IMG/VR virus record: IMGVR_UViG_3300048672_000970
Coordinates: 128,001 to 192,000 of that record
Source of the DNA: a virus
Lineage: Duplodnaviria > Caudoviricetes
DNA length: 64,000 nt
Strand: one strand, 5' to 3'
Part shown: positions 26,707-37,900 of the stretch, piece after piece
Layout: each line of letters starts with the position of its first letter
How positions within the stretch are numbered: the stretch's first letter is position 1
The notes under the pieces: model-generated
Seen by the model: only the letters and a program-made list of their open reading frames with translations
The model's database searches: none
What the model was told of the DNA's origin: nothing
Position numbers and translations under genes: made by a program

Positions 26707-29700
26707 ATGACACAAATGACCAAAAAAGATTACACATTGCCTTATCAGGAACTAGCCAAGTTCATTTCCCCTAACTTACGTAATTCAGTTAACGTCTCTA
26801 TTACCAAGAACTTGTTCGACCGATTCCTCACTCAAAATGAATCAGCTCCTTTTTACGGGTATGTGGGTAACAATCCTGGCACGGTCACGCAACGTTTGGC
26901 AACTGATGTAGAACAAGATATCAATCACATCGTTCCCCTGTTTTCGTTCAATCAAGGGAAAGAGGAATTTATTTTCACTGAACAGGATTTGGTCAACAAA
27001 GCGAAAGCGATTGGTCTGACGGCCAATTTAGAAGATTGGCTAGCTGCCCAAGGGAACAACTTCTGTCCGCCAATCTCACTGGACAAATTTACCAATTTCT
27101 TCAATTACTACTACACGGCAAATGCGCTTGATTACAAACCAGTGATGGGATGGAATCAGACGAACGCGCCTGAATACTACTGCATTGAAAAGCCGGCTAA
27201 TGGAAGTTTAACCAAACTGAACGTTGATGTGGCGACAACCGAATTTATTGTCCCTACTGGTACTGGTTTTGCCAATCAACTTTTCACGGTCACTTGTGTC
27301 AATAACACCGTATCTGAGTTACAATTCAGTGTAGCCAATGTGGGTGCCCTCGGGGGATGGGTTCCTGTCAGTGGTGCCAATTCGTTCACTATGCCTAAAA
27401 TTAACTCAGGGTTAGTGAATACATATACTCATTCATTTGCCGTCTCAAAAAACGGCGTGACTAAAACTCTTATCACGTTCGACATCGTATGCGACCCGTT
27501 ATTTGATACTGAATCCAATCTCATTGGTTATGAATCCTTTAACGTCGGTGACACTTTATCGATTGATGCGAAATTTATCTCATCAGTCTATTCTGTTTCA
27601 TTTACCGGCTCAACGGGCATCAAGGGTAAAGTGAAAAATGTCAAGACCCTCGCTGCTTATCAAGTCATCAATAATGTCCAGTTGCAAAAGGGTATGCGAG
27701 TTCTTGTCAAGAATAACGCCGGTTCAGAAAATGGAATTTATACGGTGTCTGAACAGAGCTGGTCATTTGCGGAAGATTTTACTGCCGGTTCTAATGTCAA
27801 TGCGGAAGTATTTGACATTCACGGGCAAAGCCGGTATCGAGCTGTTTCGGTTACCGGGGGCTATTCATTTGTCCAATCCGGTTCAACTTCATTGACAAAT
27901 GATTGGCAAGAGCATAATTACTGGATGCATATTTCAGAAGTGAATGCACGTGGGTTAGACTTGGCTAAAATCCAACAGGCAGTTCGACCGATTATCGAGT
28001 ACAAGAATTCAGTTCAACTGAATTCATTTGTGGCTAACGGCCGCCCAGCTTCTTCCGGAACGGCTTACCAGCAAACTAAGCAAAAGTTCAATCAGTTTCC
28101 GCTGTTCGATTTATTCAATCATGATGGCACTCATTCCGGATTCGTATCACCAATTTTCTTCTATGAAGAATCAGTGAATGGACAACTGGACGTTAAGTTA
28201 CAGAAGCGAGTTGCCAAGTCAGATTTCCTGTCCGCTGATTTCCTTTTCAATCACGGCCTAATGGATGGCGATAAGGCATTATTCTTCAAAGAAGCTGGTC
28301 AGATGAAATCCATTTGGACGGATGGCTATTCCAGTTCAACTATCATTTCTTCCTCTTTCACCGGAACTGGTAACGGAACTATTTCTGTTCAGCTAACAGG
28401 TAAAAATATCCCTGAACAAATTTGGACGTTGAATGCATTGAATGCATCTTCGTTCAAACTGACTGGTAATTCATTTTCAGGTAATGAATTGGTGTCAATT
28501 GGGCAACTGTACTCGAATGAATATTTCACCATTCAAATTGTTAATGGAAGCATTCCGTTTCAAGTGAATGATTCGTACACGTTCGTTACTGCCGGCAAAA
28601 ATATTCCGGAATGGGTTGTTAAGCAGAACGACAAAACGAACATGGTGTTACTGAGCGAAAATGGCACTTATACCGTGCCAATGTCTTTTGTTCATAATGT
28701 TAAAAATGAACATCAGGCGACTTTGCAGGAAGGGGCGTTATATTCTCACTTCAGAGATATTCTTAATAAGGGAGTATCGAACAAGTTTGGCGGCGCCATC
28801 AAATCATGGAATGACCCGGTGAATATTTTCATCGGATTGATGATGCAAAAAGACATTAACCCATTGTCATTGATTGATTATGCGCAGCGTAGTTATGAAT
28901 CGGCTTCTAACTCAGTTATCGATTTATACGTGTCAAAAATTCTGCAATATGTCGCTGATGTCAAAATTCCTTCCGCGAAAGAATTTGCCGACTATGCGTT
29001 AAGTGAACTGCTGAAAAGTCGAGATGTCAAGCAAGTGTTTTATGATACGACCAGTCTGGCAGGGTTTCCGATTACGTTGCCAATGATGGGATTTACTGCG
29101 CCAGTGATGCCGCAAATCGTCCATGTGAACGAACTGGACGGGCAATTTATCCAGCATCACGATGGACACAAGAGTCCGTTATTTGCCGACACCTATCAAT
29201 TATTCGAGCGGATGTTTTCTAACAAGACGACTGTCAATAAAAACGGTGCTGAAGTTGAAATCCTGTTGTCAACGACTGTCGAGCCAACCACCCCGTTCAA
29301 GGGCGCGATGTGGATTAATAACACCAGTTCCGCGTCTTCTATCAAACTGTTTGATGTAACGTCAGATGCGAATAATGCGCCGAGCAATCCATCAGCCGGA
29401 ACGACTTGGCTGAATACTCAGACTAATCAAGCATTTGAGTATGATGGCACTGGTTGGATTTACAAAAACAAATCTGACCTATGGAAAGAAATGAAGTTTG
29501 GTGAATTACTCAACTCAATCATCATCGAAATTGAATCGAGACTGTATGACAGGTGTTATGCCAGTCCGATAAATCTTTCCATTCCGAATATGGAACAGGA
29601 ATACATTTCGTGGGCGACCGCTAACAAATATAAGCCATACGCTTCCATCGCCAGTGAAGACCCGTTCTCTTGGAATTATTCATCAATTGGTCAAGCTCGC

Positions 29701-32700
29701 TGGTTCGATGTTATCACGGCTTATCAATCAACTCATGGTATCAGTTATCCAACGGCTCGACCCGATCTGGCGCCGTGGCAACTACTCAACCATGCTTCTA
29801 AGCCGGCCAATTGGGATATTCAGTATAAGGCGAAGTTGACAGACTTAACTGGTTATACCAATTCAATTACTGTGTCAGCAGTTTCGTTCAGTGAAACGCC
29901 GACGAACGTTACCCGATTTGGATTACCAGTGATGGACGGAGTTCAATTGAGTAATGGCGACTATATTCTGTTAGCGTCCGAAGCACTACCTTCCAATAAT
30001 GGCATCTGGCAAGTATCTACCGGAAGTTGGACTCAAGTATCATTTGATTTCAATACCAAGCTACTTTTCACTGTTCGATATGGCTCAGTATTTGCTAACA
30101 CCATTTGGGGCAATATCACCAATCAAGAATTTGCCCAATACAGAAAGTGGTCTAACAAAATGTGGGCGGACATTAAAGCCGTTACTTCGGTCAAGTTATT
30201 TGTCAATACGGTCACTGATGAAAATTTACCTCCTTATCTGCCAGCTTCTGACCGATGGGCGAATGAAGTTTTGACGAACGTCATTCCGACCAGTTGGCAA
30301 GATGAGTATCAATTTGGGGATAATTCGTTACTTGAATCCGTGTGGAAAAATTCTATTGATTACAAGTATAACGAAGTAAAAGCCTATTGCAAAGTCAATC
30401 CGTTAGGATTTATTGAAAACCTGTGGGGAATCAATTACTTAATTATCGACGGCATTCGATATGACTATAACGCACAGTCGCTGGTCAGTCTGTCCAATCT
30501 GAAAATGCACGGTGATGCTATCGATTCAACTCGCACTCATCAAGTAGTCGGCACTGTTAACAAGGATGTTAAATTAGTTAATCACACTCGGTCAGTTGGT
30601 TATCCAGAATTCTGCGTATTCGACGGAGATGTATTTGTCGGCAAACTGATTGCCAATCAAATCACTAACGGGACAATGAATGGCGTCACGTTCACTAACT
30701 TTGGCATCAAAGATAACGGGTCTGCCTTCCAACAGGGCGACATGTTCATCATTGCTAATTCAGTTGTTTCATTTGTCCCAGCGACGACGAAACAATATAT
30801 TGGTTTTGGTCAATTGTTCGCTAATGCGTTAAGAAGTATGAGCGTGGACACTAACAGAAGTTATGCCGTATCCGCTTTCAAAAATTGGCAGACAACTATT
30901 GGCTATCGAACTGGCCGAATGATTGCGGAAAATTGCGTAGTTGAAACAGGGACGACCGTCATCCCGGAATCTGCCTACTCGCTAAAGCTGAAAAAGAATA
31001 GGGTCAGTAACTCACTCTGGATGCAAGCACTGAACGTGTCCGTCCTCTCTAACTCAGGCCCGAAAGAAAACTGGACGTATCAAATTGATGGCTTTAACCC
31101 CAATCAAACTGAATTCCAATATTATCATCTTGACCCTTCTTCAGAAGAAATTACGTTTAACGTCCTTGACACTGAATTAGTCCTCTCCCACTATTCAGAA
31201 ATTGCCAATTTGGTAAAAACGACGTTTCCAACCACAATCCAAGGGCTATTACCCTTGGTTAACGTATTGTTCGGATATTCGATGTTTTTAGAAGCAAATG
31301 GCTTCACGATGGACGACAATGACAACAAGATAGAAGCAGATAGCGGAAGATTCCGTAATTGGCAGTTAGAGATTGAAAAAATGGTATCTAATTTGGATAC
31401 GGTTGGATTGAATGACCCTATTCAGATGAATCCGTTCATGGATGGATTTACGATTGAGCATGGTGATGGATTGACTGCTGAATTTGTTGACACGGACATT
31501 TTTGATGTGAAGTCGCATCCGGCCATTTTTGATTTGGTTGGGGCGAAAATCAGTGTGAGAGATTTGTTCGTGGTCAGAACGGCGGACAAGACTGTTATCA
31601 AGTCGGAAGTACCTATCTATTCAGCTCATGTTCAGTTTGACGAGTATGAGAACATTTTCAAGTTTGAAAAGCAGATTGGCACTGATAAATTACTGTTTGA
31701 TGAGTTTTCAGGTGCGCGGATTTCAACTCTAACGTTCAATGGGCGAGGTTCTGCCAATGAAACGATGCGCCCTGAATTTGGTGGCCATTTCATCTCGGAC
31801 AATGCATCGAAACTTAATTTACAGGCGTCGATTGATGCGATAGCTAACGCGTACAATCCTGATAAGCAATTTGACCCGACCATTTCAAAACATGCTTTGG
31901 CATTACTTGGATTTTCTCAGAAAGACTACCTGAGTAACATCGGTGTCGATATGAATACGCAACTGGCTTTCTGGCGTGGAATGATTCAGATGAAGGGAAC
32001 TACTTCGTCTGTTAATGCGTTACTCAATCACAAGAATTATTCCGGCGCGAAAATTGACGAGTATTGGGCGGTGAAGATTGCCGAGTATGGTGACGCCCGC
32101 GAAAAAACTTATCCAGAGCTGAAAGTATTTGCGGCAGATACTTATCAGCATTTTACCAAGTATCAATTTGGTGATAATTCGTTATCAGGATTCACGTTCA
32201 TCGACCCGATTGATGACAATCGATGGTTTGCTCTCCCCGATTTGAACAAAGATATGACTTTTTCATCGAAGACAACTTACTACTCGAATAACTCAGCTTC
32301 CGGATTGATTACCATTCCTTCTGGTGATTCATTCATCAATGGAACAGCTACTTATCAAAAGCTGAACGATACCACATTGAAAATTACTGGAACGGGGACA
32401 GTTAATGTCTCATCACTCAATCCAGATGTGGACAAGTATAATCCGATTAAACTGTTCAACTATCAAGCTAATGAGCATGTCACCGATATTTGTTATTGGC
32501 ATCCGAAGGCGGGTTATCATTCAGCAGCTATTTCGGCAGTGGACATTATTTCAAATACTGACCCGGCGAAATATTCTAACTTAGTGACAACGGACGTTAA
32601 TGAATATTTTTCATGGAGTGATAAGGAAATTGGACGTATCTGGTTTGATACTGATAAGGTAGCTTATCAGCCGTATGATGATTCATCCATCTATCCGGAC

Positions 32701-34923
32701 ATTGACCAGCGGTTGATTAGATGGGGTGGACTGGCTGATTATGCGTCAGTCAGTATCAATGAATGGGTTGAATCGGATGTCATTCCGTCCGCTTACACCA
32801 CTTACTACCCGGCGGAATATGGTCAGCCGAGTAACGAAGCTGTCTATCAGCGTGAGAAAGCTTGGCAAGTTCGTCCGATTGCGTGGAGTCAGGCGGGCGT
32901 GGCTATTGCAGCCGCTCATCCAGCCTTTAACGCCGCTTTCTTCCCTTCAATCACGTTCGACAACCAATCAGGGACTGCATGGCTGGAAAGCGGCTCTTTC
33001 GCCGATTTGGGCATCAAGGCTAATATGCATGTCGGCACTTGGACAAATACGCCGGTTGAAAAACCGTTGTCTGAGTACAAAATTATTGCTAATGATTCTA
33101 AGACGGTGTTACTCGATAACATCCTGCCCAATCAGCAAACTATCACGAAGAATGGATTGACAGTTAATGTTTCTATCAAAGCAATTGGCTCTACCAAGAA
33201 ATTAGGCCAACTGCTTTTCGTCGGGCCAAATTCTAACGCCAGTTTGATTCAATCTGTTCAACGAATCGCCATCGAAGGGACGTTAGTCAACCAATGGGAA
33301 GTGACAGCAAGTATTCGGGTCATTGAAATTGATACGGGTGATTTTGTCGATGTACCAATTAACACAGCTATCGGGTCAGTTAATTCCGCTCCTTATTATG
33401 GCACGTCCGATTCAATGGTGCAAAATGACACGGTAGTTGGCACTATCGAAAATTTCAATCTGCAAATTACGTTAACGGCTCTTAACTCAGTTAATAACAT
33501 GCCGATTGATACTTTAGCCAATATCATTGAAGAAGCGTTTTCGAGCAGAGTGACTTTACATGATACCATTTCCATTCAGCAAATTGTGCCGAATACTGTC
33601 AACGGCGTTATTTGCAATGACCCGCAATCTCCGGATTACACAGGTATCGAATGGCGTTCTTGGTCAATGCCCGCGCAAGCTGATTTGGATGATGATTCAC
33701 CGGCTCCCAACTCAAAGTGGAAACCTTATATTGGTGATTATGTCTCCGTGCAACCAGTGACTTTTGCGATGATTGCCGATGCCACTAACCCTGATTTGGT
33801 TCTGTCTGATTCAACTATTATTCCTCGGTATAAGACCAGTTGGAATGATTGGGTGGAATTGACGCCGACTCATTATGATTTTGTCGCACAAACAACGGTG
33901 TCAACTATTCAAGTAATGGATGTTGATTCAGCCCGTATCGCGGTTTATTTCAATGGCATTGCGCAATCGAATACTTACTCAAAGATTGGCACGACGATGA
34001 CGATTAATTGCCCGATTGGCACGTTTGTCAAAGTTATCATTTCCGTCTATCAACCAACTCAGAAAGAACTGGCATTCAATCCGGACGTGGCAGATGACGT
34101 AAAAGTTCAAACACAGTTTAAGAGAGATTTCAAGTATGTGACGAAGATGGTCAGAGATAACACCGGCCTCGTCAGTGGAAACAAGTATTATTTCTGGGTA
34201 ACTAATCGCAACCTGGGTTCGGGTCAATTGTCTGTCAATCAAATCAAGCAGCAATTGACGACTGCGCCAAGTGCTTATTTCATCATTCACCATCTGGTCA
34301 ATGGTAAATATGATTCGGTCATCATTTCCGGTCTTAACTATCTTGTCCCCAATTCGGATGAGTATAAGTTACGTTTCACCCGTGATTACACCCTTCGTAC
34401 AGATTCTAATGATTTGGACTTGAAAGATGTGCACACGGAATGGACGTTAATTCGTCCCGGTCAACGGACTAAAATCCCTGAGCAACTGTGGAACAAGTTG
34501 GTCGATAGTGTTTGTGGACAAGATAGCGCCGGCAACTCAGTGCCATACGAAAAGTTTGTTTCATACGATGCGAAGTATGGCAAGAATTCAAAGTATGGAT
34601 TTGGTGTTGGACAAGTGTTAGCTGACAAAAACATTCTCATTGAAACCATCAAGTACGTGGTGCAAAATACGTCCTTGGTCGTGGAAGGTGATTATCCAAT
34701 TCCCGACTATATCTCTTTCATTGATTTCGCTGAGTTAGATTCGCTGTTCAGTGGGGCAAATATTCGGGAGACGATGAACAGAATTTGGAACCTTGCGTCA
34801 GTGGCGCAAATCAACGAAGTGTTTTTCGCCTGTTTGGAAGATGTCATCGCCAGTAATTATGAGTTGACGGACGTGTTCAAAACCAGTAGACTTTCTGCCT
34901 ACGGAATTAGGGTGGTTTCTTAA
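26707..34923 (+). CDS. giant virion structural protein (baseplate-wedge-like), 2738 aa
   Basis: Late promoter; two (I/M)(N/D).VQL..G..(V/I)L(V/L)...NG(I)(Y/W).V...SW modules typical of tail/baseplate proteins; beta-rich repeats. Confidence 0.65.
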   Translation: MTQMTKKDYTLPYQELAKFISPNLRNSVNVSITKNLFDRFLTQNESAPFYGYVGNNPGTVTQRLATDVEQDINHIVPLFSFNQGKEEFIFTEQDLVNKAKAIGLTANLEDWLAAQGNNFCPPISLDKFTNFFNYYYTANALDYKPVMGWNQTNAPEYYCIEKPANGSLTKLNVDVATTEFIVPTGTGFANQLFTVTCVNNTVSELQFSVANVGALGGWVPVSGANSFTMPKINSGLVNTYTHSFAVSKNGVTKTLITFDIVCDPLFDTESNLIGYESFNVGDTLSIDAKFISSVYSVSFTGSTGIKGKVKNVKTLAAYQVINNVQLQKGMRVLVKNNAGSENGIYTVSEQSWSFAEDFTAGSNVNAEVFDIHGQSRYRAVSVTGGYSFVQSGSTSLTNDWQEHNYWMHISEVNARGLDLAKIQQAVRPIIEYKNSVQLNSFVANGRPASSGTAYQQTKQKFNQFPLFDLFNHDGTHSGFVSPIFFYEESVNGQLDVKLQKRVAKSDFLSADFLFNHGLMDGDKALFFKEAGQMKSIWTDGYSSSTIISSSFTGTGNGTISVQLTGKNIPEQIWTLNALNASSFKLTGNSFSGNELVSIGQLYSNEYFTIQIVNGSIPFQVNDSYTFVTAGKNIPEWVVKQNDKTNMVLLSENGTYTVPMSFVHNVKNEHQATLQEGALYSHFRDILNKGVSNKFGGAIKSWNDPVNIFIGLMMQKDINPLSLIDYAQRSYESASNSVIDLYVSKILQYVADVKIPSAKEFADYALSELLKSRDVKQVFYDTTSLAGFPITLPMMGFTAPVMPQIVHVNELDGQFIQHHDGHKSPLFADTYQLFERMFSNKTTVNKNGAEVEILLSTTVEPTTPFKGAMWINNTSSASSIKLFDVTSDANNAPSNPSAGTTWLNTQTNQAFEYDGTGWIYKNKSDLWKEMKFGELLNSIIIEIESRLYDRCYASPINLSIPNMEQEYISWATANKYKPYASIASEDPFSWNYSSIGQARWFDVITAYQSTHGISYPTARPDLAPWQLLNHASKPANWDIQYKAKLTDLTGYTNSITVSAVSFSETPTNVTRFGLPVMDGVQLSNGDYILLASEALPSNNGIWQVSTGSWTQVSFDFNTKLLFTVRYGSVFANTIWGNITNQEFAQYRKWSNKMWADIKAVTSVKLFVNTVTDENLPPYLPASDRWANEVLTNVIPTSWQDEYQFGDNSLLESVWKNSIDYKYNEVKAYCKVNPLGFIENLWGINYLIIDGIRYDYNAQSLVSLSNLKMHGDAIDSTRTHQVVGTVNKDVKLVNHTRSVGYPEFCVFDGDVFVGKLIANQITNGTMNGVTFTNFGIKDNGSAFQQGDMFIIANSVVSFVPATTKQYIGFGQLFANALRSMSVDTNRSYAVSAFKNWQTTIGYRTGRMIAENCVVETGTTVIPESAYSLKLKKNRVSNSLWMQALNVSVLSNSGPKENWTYQIDGFNPNQTEFQYYHLDPSSEEITFNVLDTELVLSHYSEIANLVKTTFPTTIQGLLPLVNVLFGYSMFLEANGFTMDDNDNKIEADSGRFRNWQLEIEKMVSNLDTVGLNDPIQMNPFMDGFTIEHGDGLTAEFVDTDIFDVKSHPAIFDLVGAKISVRDLFVVRTADKTVIKSEVPIYSAHVQFDEYENIFKFEKQIGTDKLLFDEFSGARISTLTFNGRGSANETMRPEFGGHFISDNASKLNLQASIDAIANAYNPDKQFDPTISKHALALLGFSQKDYLSNIGVDMNTQLAFWRGMIQMKGTTSSVNALLNHKNYSGAKIDEYWAVKIAEYGDAREKTYPELKVFAADTYQHFTKYQFGDNSLSGFTFIDPIDDNRWFALPDLNKDMTFSSKTTYYSNNSASGLITIPSGDSFINGTATYQKLNDTTLKITGTGTVNVSSLNPDVDKYNPIKLFNYQANEHVTDICYWHPKAGYHSAAISAVDIISNTDPAKYSNLVTTDVNEYFSWSDKEIGRIWFDTDKVAYQPYDDSSIYPDIDQRLIRWGGLADYASVSINEWVESDVIPSAYTTYYPAEYGQPSNEAVYQREKAWQVRPIAWSQAGVAIAAAHPAFNAAFFPSITFDNQSGTAWLESGSFADLGIKANMHVGTWTNTPVEKPLSEYKIIANDSKTVLLDNILPNQQTITKNGLTVNVSIKAIGSTKKLGQLLFVGPNSNASLIQSVQRIAIEGTLVNQWEVTASIRVIEIDTGDFVDVPINTAIGSVNSAPYYGTSDSMVQNDTVVGTIENFNLQITLTALNSVNNMPIDTLANIIEEAFSSRVTLHDTISIQQIVPNTVNGVICNDPQSPDYTGIEWRSWSMPAQADLDDDSPAPNSKWKPYIGDYVSVQPVTFAMIADATNPDLVLSDSTIIPRYKTSWNDWVELTPTHYDFVAQTTVSTIQVMDVDSARIAVYFNGIAQSNTYSKIGTTMTINCPIGTFVKVIISVYQPTQKELAFNPDVADDVKVQTQFKRDFKYVTKMVRDNTGLVSGNKYYFWVTNRNLGSGQLSVNQIKQQLTTAPSAYFIIHHLVNGKYDSVIISGLNYLVPNSDEYKLRFTRDYTLRTDSNDLDLKDVHTEWTLIRPGQRTKIPEQLWNKLVDSVCGQDSAGNSVPYEKFVSYDAKYGKNSKYGFGVGQVLADKNILIETIKYVVQNTSLVVEGDYPIPDYISFIDFAELDSLFSGANIRETMNRIWNLASVAQINEVFFACLEDVIASNYELTDVFKTSRLSAYGIRVVS

Positions 34924-34933
34924 AAATCGACAT

Positions 34934-34965
34934 GTAAATATGGGTTTCAAAGGCTGAAACCCATA
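34934..34965 (+). promoter_or_regulatory. late promoter overlapping an 11-bp hairpin that ends at the ATG
   Basis: GTAAATA 34934-40; TATGGGTTTCA-aaggc-TGAAACCCATA 34939-65. Confidence 0.6.
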
Positions 34966-37900
34966 ATGTCGAATAACACCTATATTCAAAGTCTGATTGA
35001 CTACATTAATGATACCAAGCCCTTCAGGTCTAAACTATCTGAAGTGGTCGAAGAATATCATTTCACTGATGTGGTCAATGCGGCCATCACAGACAAACTT
35101 GTCCTGAAAGAAATATCTAGACCAGTATCAAAGTTCGACTATTATTCAAATGGTGTGCCTATCAGCATGCAATTACATCCTTTGAATTTGGTTGGTGATA
35201 CTGGTTGGTTTTACGGCCCCGGACAAAATTCAGCCTATACTGTCGGGGTCAGTGAATCAACCGAACTGGCTAACATCCCTTTCCAATATGGCAAGAAACA
35301 TTATACGTATTCGTCCGATGCGTCAATTTTTAGGCAGGGGACGTTAGCGGAAGAAGAACTGTTAGAAAATCATGATTTCCTGAACGTCAGAGGAAGCATG
35401 CAGTTTCAAATCAATCAGACGCACAATCCGGATGGGTCAGCAAACCCTCTTTATACGTTGACCGACGAAGTGAATTTGATTTCTGATGCAGCCAGTCAAA
35501 AAGCTGGTTGTATCAATTTTCTCATCGCTCTTTTTACCTATGTGCTCAATTACACACAGAACGTTTCGGTTTATTCAGCCGTCAATGCTGAACTGCATCT
35601 GCTTCTCATCGATTTAGATAACAACGTTTTGCCGACTGATTTTACCGCGTTGCAATATGCTTTCTCGTTAATTTCCGCACCTGATTTAGCTCTCATCCCC
35701 GATTTCACGTTGACTTGGTTTAACAGCCAGTTGCAAAAATCCAGCTCTGGATTATTCACGGGTATGTATTCAAATGAAGCAGTCAAACATGCAGCTTCAT
35801 ACTCGTTCAATAACTATGCTGATTCAGTGATTGGTATCAGTTCAATTACTGTCCCAGCTAACACTTTGTTAGAAGAATTTTCCCTTGTCGCTGTTTCACC
35901 CACTCAATTTCAAGTGTATGGTTCTGATTCAGGATTCCTCGGTTCATTTATAGCTGGGGCTTCTTTCACGTCCGCGAAAGTGTCATTCAATACCTCGATG
36001 GTCGGTAGTCCGACCATCGGTTATACGGTCAAATTGACGGCCAAGAATACCATCTCCATTCACCCTGATGCCAATTTGGAAACGTGGAACATTGTCAAAA
36101 TCAATCCTAAGAATTATACTCGTCCAGTGGTTGACTCGGATTCGTATGGCTATTTCACCTCTGCTAACGGAAAAAATACCATTCAGTTTTTAACTGAGAC
36201 TATCAGCGGAATGATGATTTTTGAGGCGCAGTCTGCTTCCACCTTCAAAATTGAATGTGGTTCTTATCAATCAACCTTTTCTTGCAATACTCCTTTCAAT
36301 GACGGTGTACTCAGTTTCACGTTCGTCAAGGGAAGTTATGATTACCAAGTAGGTGACAGGTTTTATATCGAAGTAGTCAATCCGGCTCCAGTCATTCGAG
36401 ATTTCGGACTGTATTTTGGCTATGATGCATTTGGTTATGATGGCTTTGATGCCAATTCACCGGCTTGGCTCAAAAACTTGAACGTGACGAATGATTCACG
36501 ATTTCCGGCCGTGTCATCAATAGATGTTAGTTTATCAGTTGTTCCAACCGCTCTATCAAAATCATACCGGCTCGTTGCCTTACCTGACGAAACCAATCCG
36601 TATAACATCTTGCAAAAAGATGGGACGACTAATAACAAATTTGACATCACTTCCCCAGACCCTTCAATCAGTCAAGCTGTTTATGATGCAGTTGCTTTCC
36701 AAGTTAATTCACATGTCAGTTCCACCCATTCACCGGCCACTGGAACAGACATTACTTTATGGCATGTCGCTCAATTCAGTGTGCAAGCGTTTGAAAATAA
36801 TGGATGGGTTGAAAAGCAAATTGCCAATATCGGTGATACAGTTTCTATCGATGGTGTCACACTAACTATTCCCGCCAAACCCTACTTGGCGACGAAAGTT
36901 TTCTATTCACAATATTTGACCGATGATGTCAATTCATTATTCACTGAGACAGTTACTAATGGTGACATGTATTTTTTCACGGTGGACAATCAGCCAACAT
37001 CCATTAAAGAATGGTACAAGAGTAGTGTCAATTTCCCTCATGTCATCATTCATGCTAAAAACATGGGAGCAGCTATTGATGCGAAATGGACGATTACTAA
37101 GCAAAGTTCAGGATTCTTGCTCGCCGGCCTTTACACGTCTGGCAATAACGCCGGCTCACAAATCTATGCGAAGAATTTAACCGAACTGAGTTATCAAGAT
37201 TCTTATCTACATTTCACCATTGATGCCGGTAAAATTGGCATGCAAAATGGAGATAAGCTTGAGTTTGAAACGCATGCTTCACCTTTTGAGTATGCCGTTT
37301 ATGGTAGTTATTCAGGATTTACCGGCTATGCCAAATTCAATGAATGGTTCTCTAACGGAAAAATTGGATTCAAGTTAGTTCCGCCAACTATCAATCTATT
37401 CGAGAATAACACTTTGATAACCAATGGTATTTCAGCTGCTGGTCAAATTGGTGTTCAGGGAAATAAAGTGGGGACGTATGTATTGAAAGGAATGGGGTCG
37501 AAATGGGCGCTATACCTTGGTACTCAGTTGCTGGGCATTGGTGTTAATTCCATTCAAACGACTGATATTTCAGTGACGATGCCCAATCCAACGATGGCAA
37601 CCGTCATCATTCAAATTCTTTCCCCGTTTGATTTTCCTTTCGGGCACAACTCAAGTATTGTCATTAACAAACTGCCGCAAACTGGTAATGTAGTCAATCT
37701 GAAAAAGACATCGTTTGATTATATGCAACTGGCATTTTCTGCGCCGATTACAGCCGTTACTCCACTGATTCCTGAATCGATTGACCTTCGATTCATTGAC
37801 CAAGTGCTTGTGTCAGATTTGACGAAGTATAACGTTACTAGCCCAGAATTATACTTGAACAGAAATTTCATTCCGCTAGATGTCAAACGACCCACTTATG

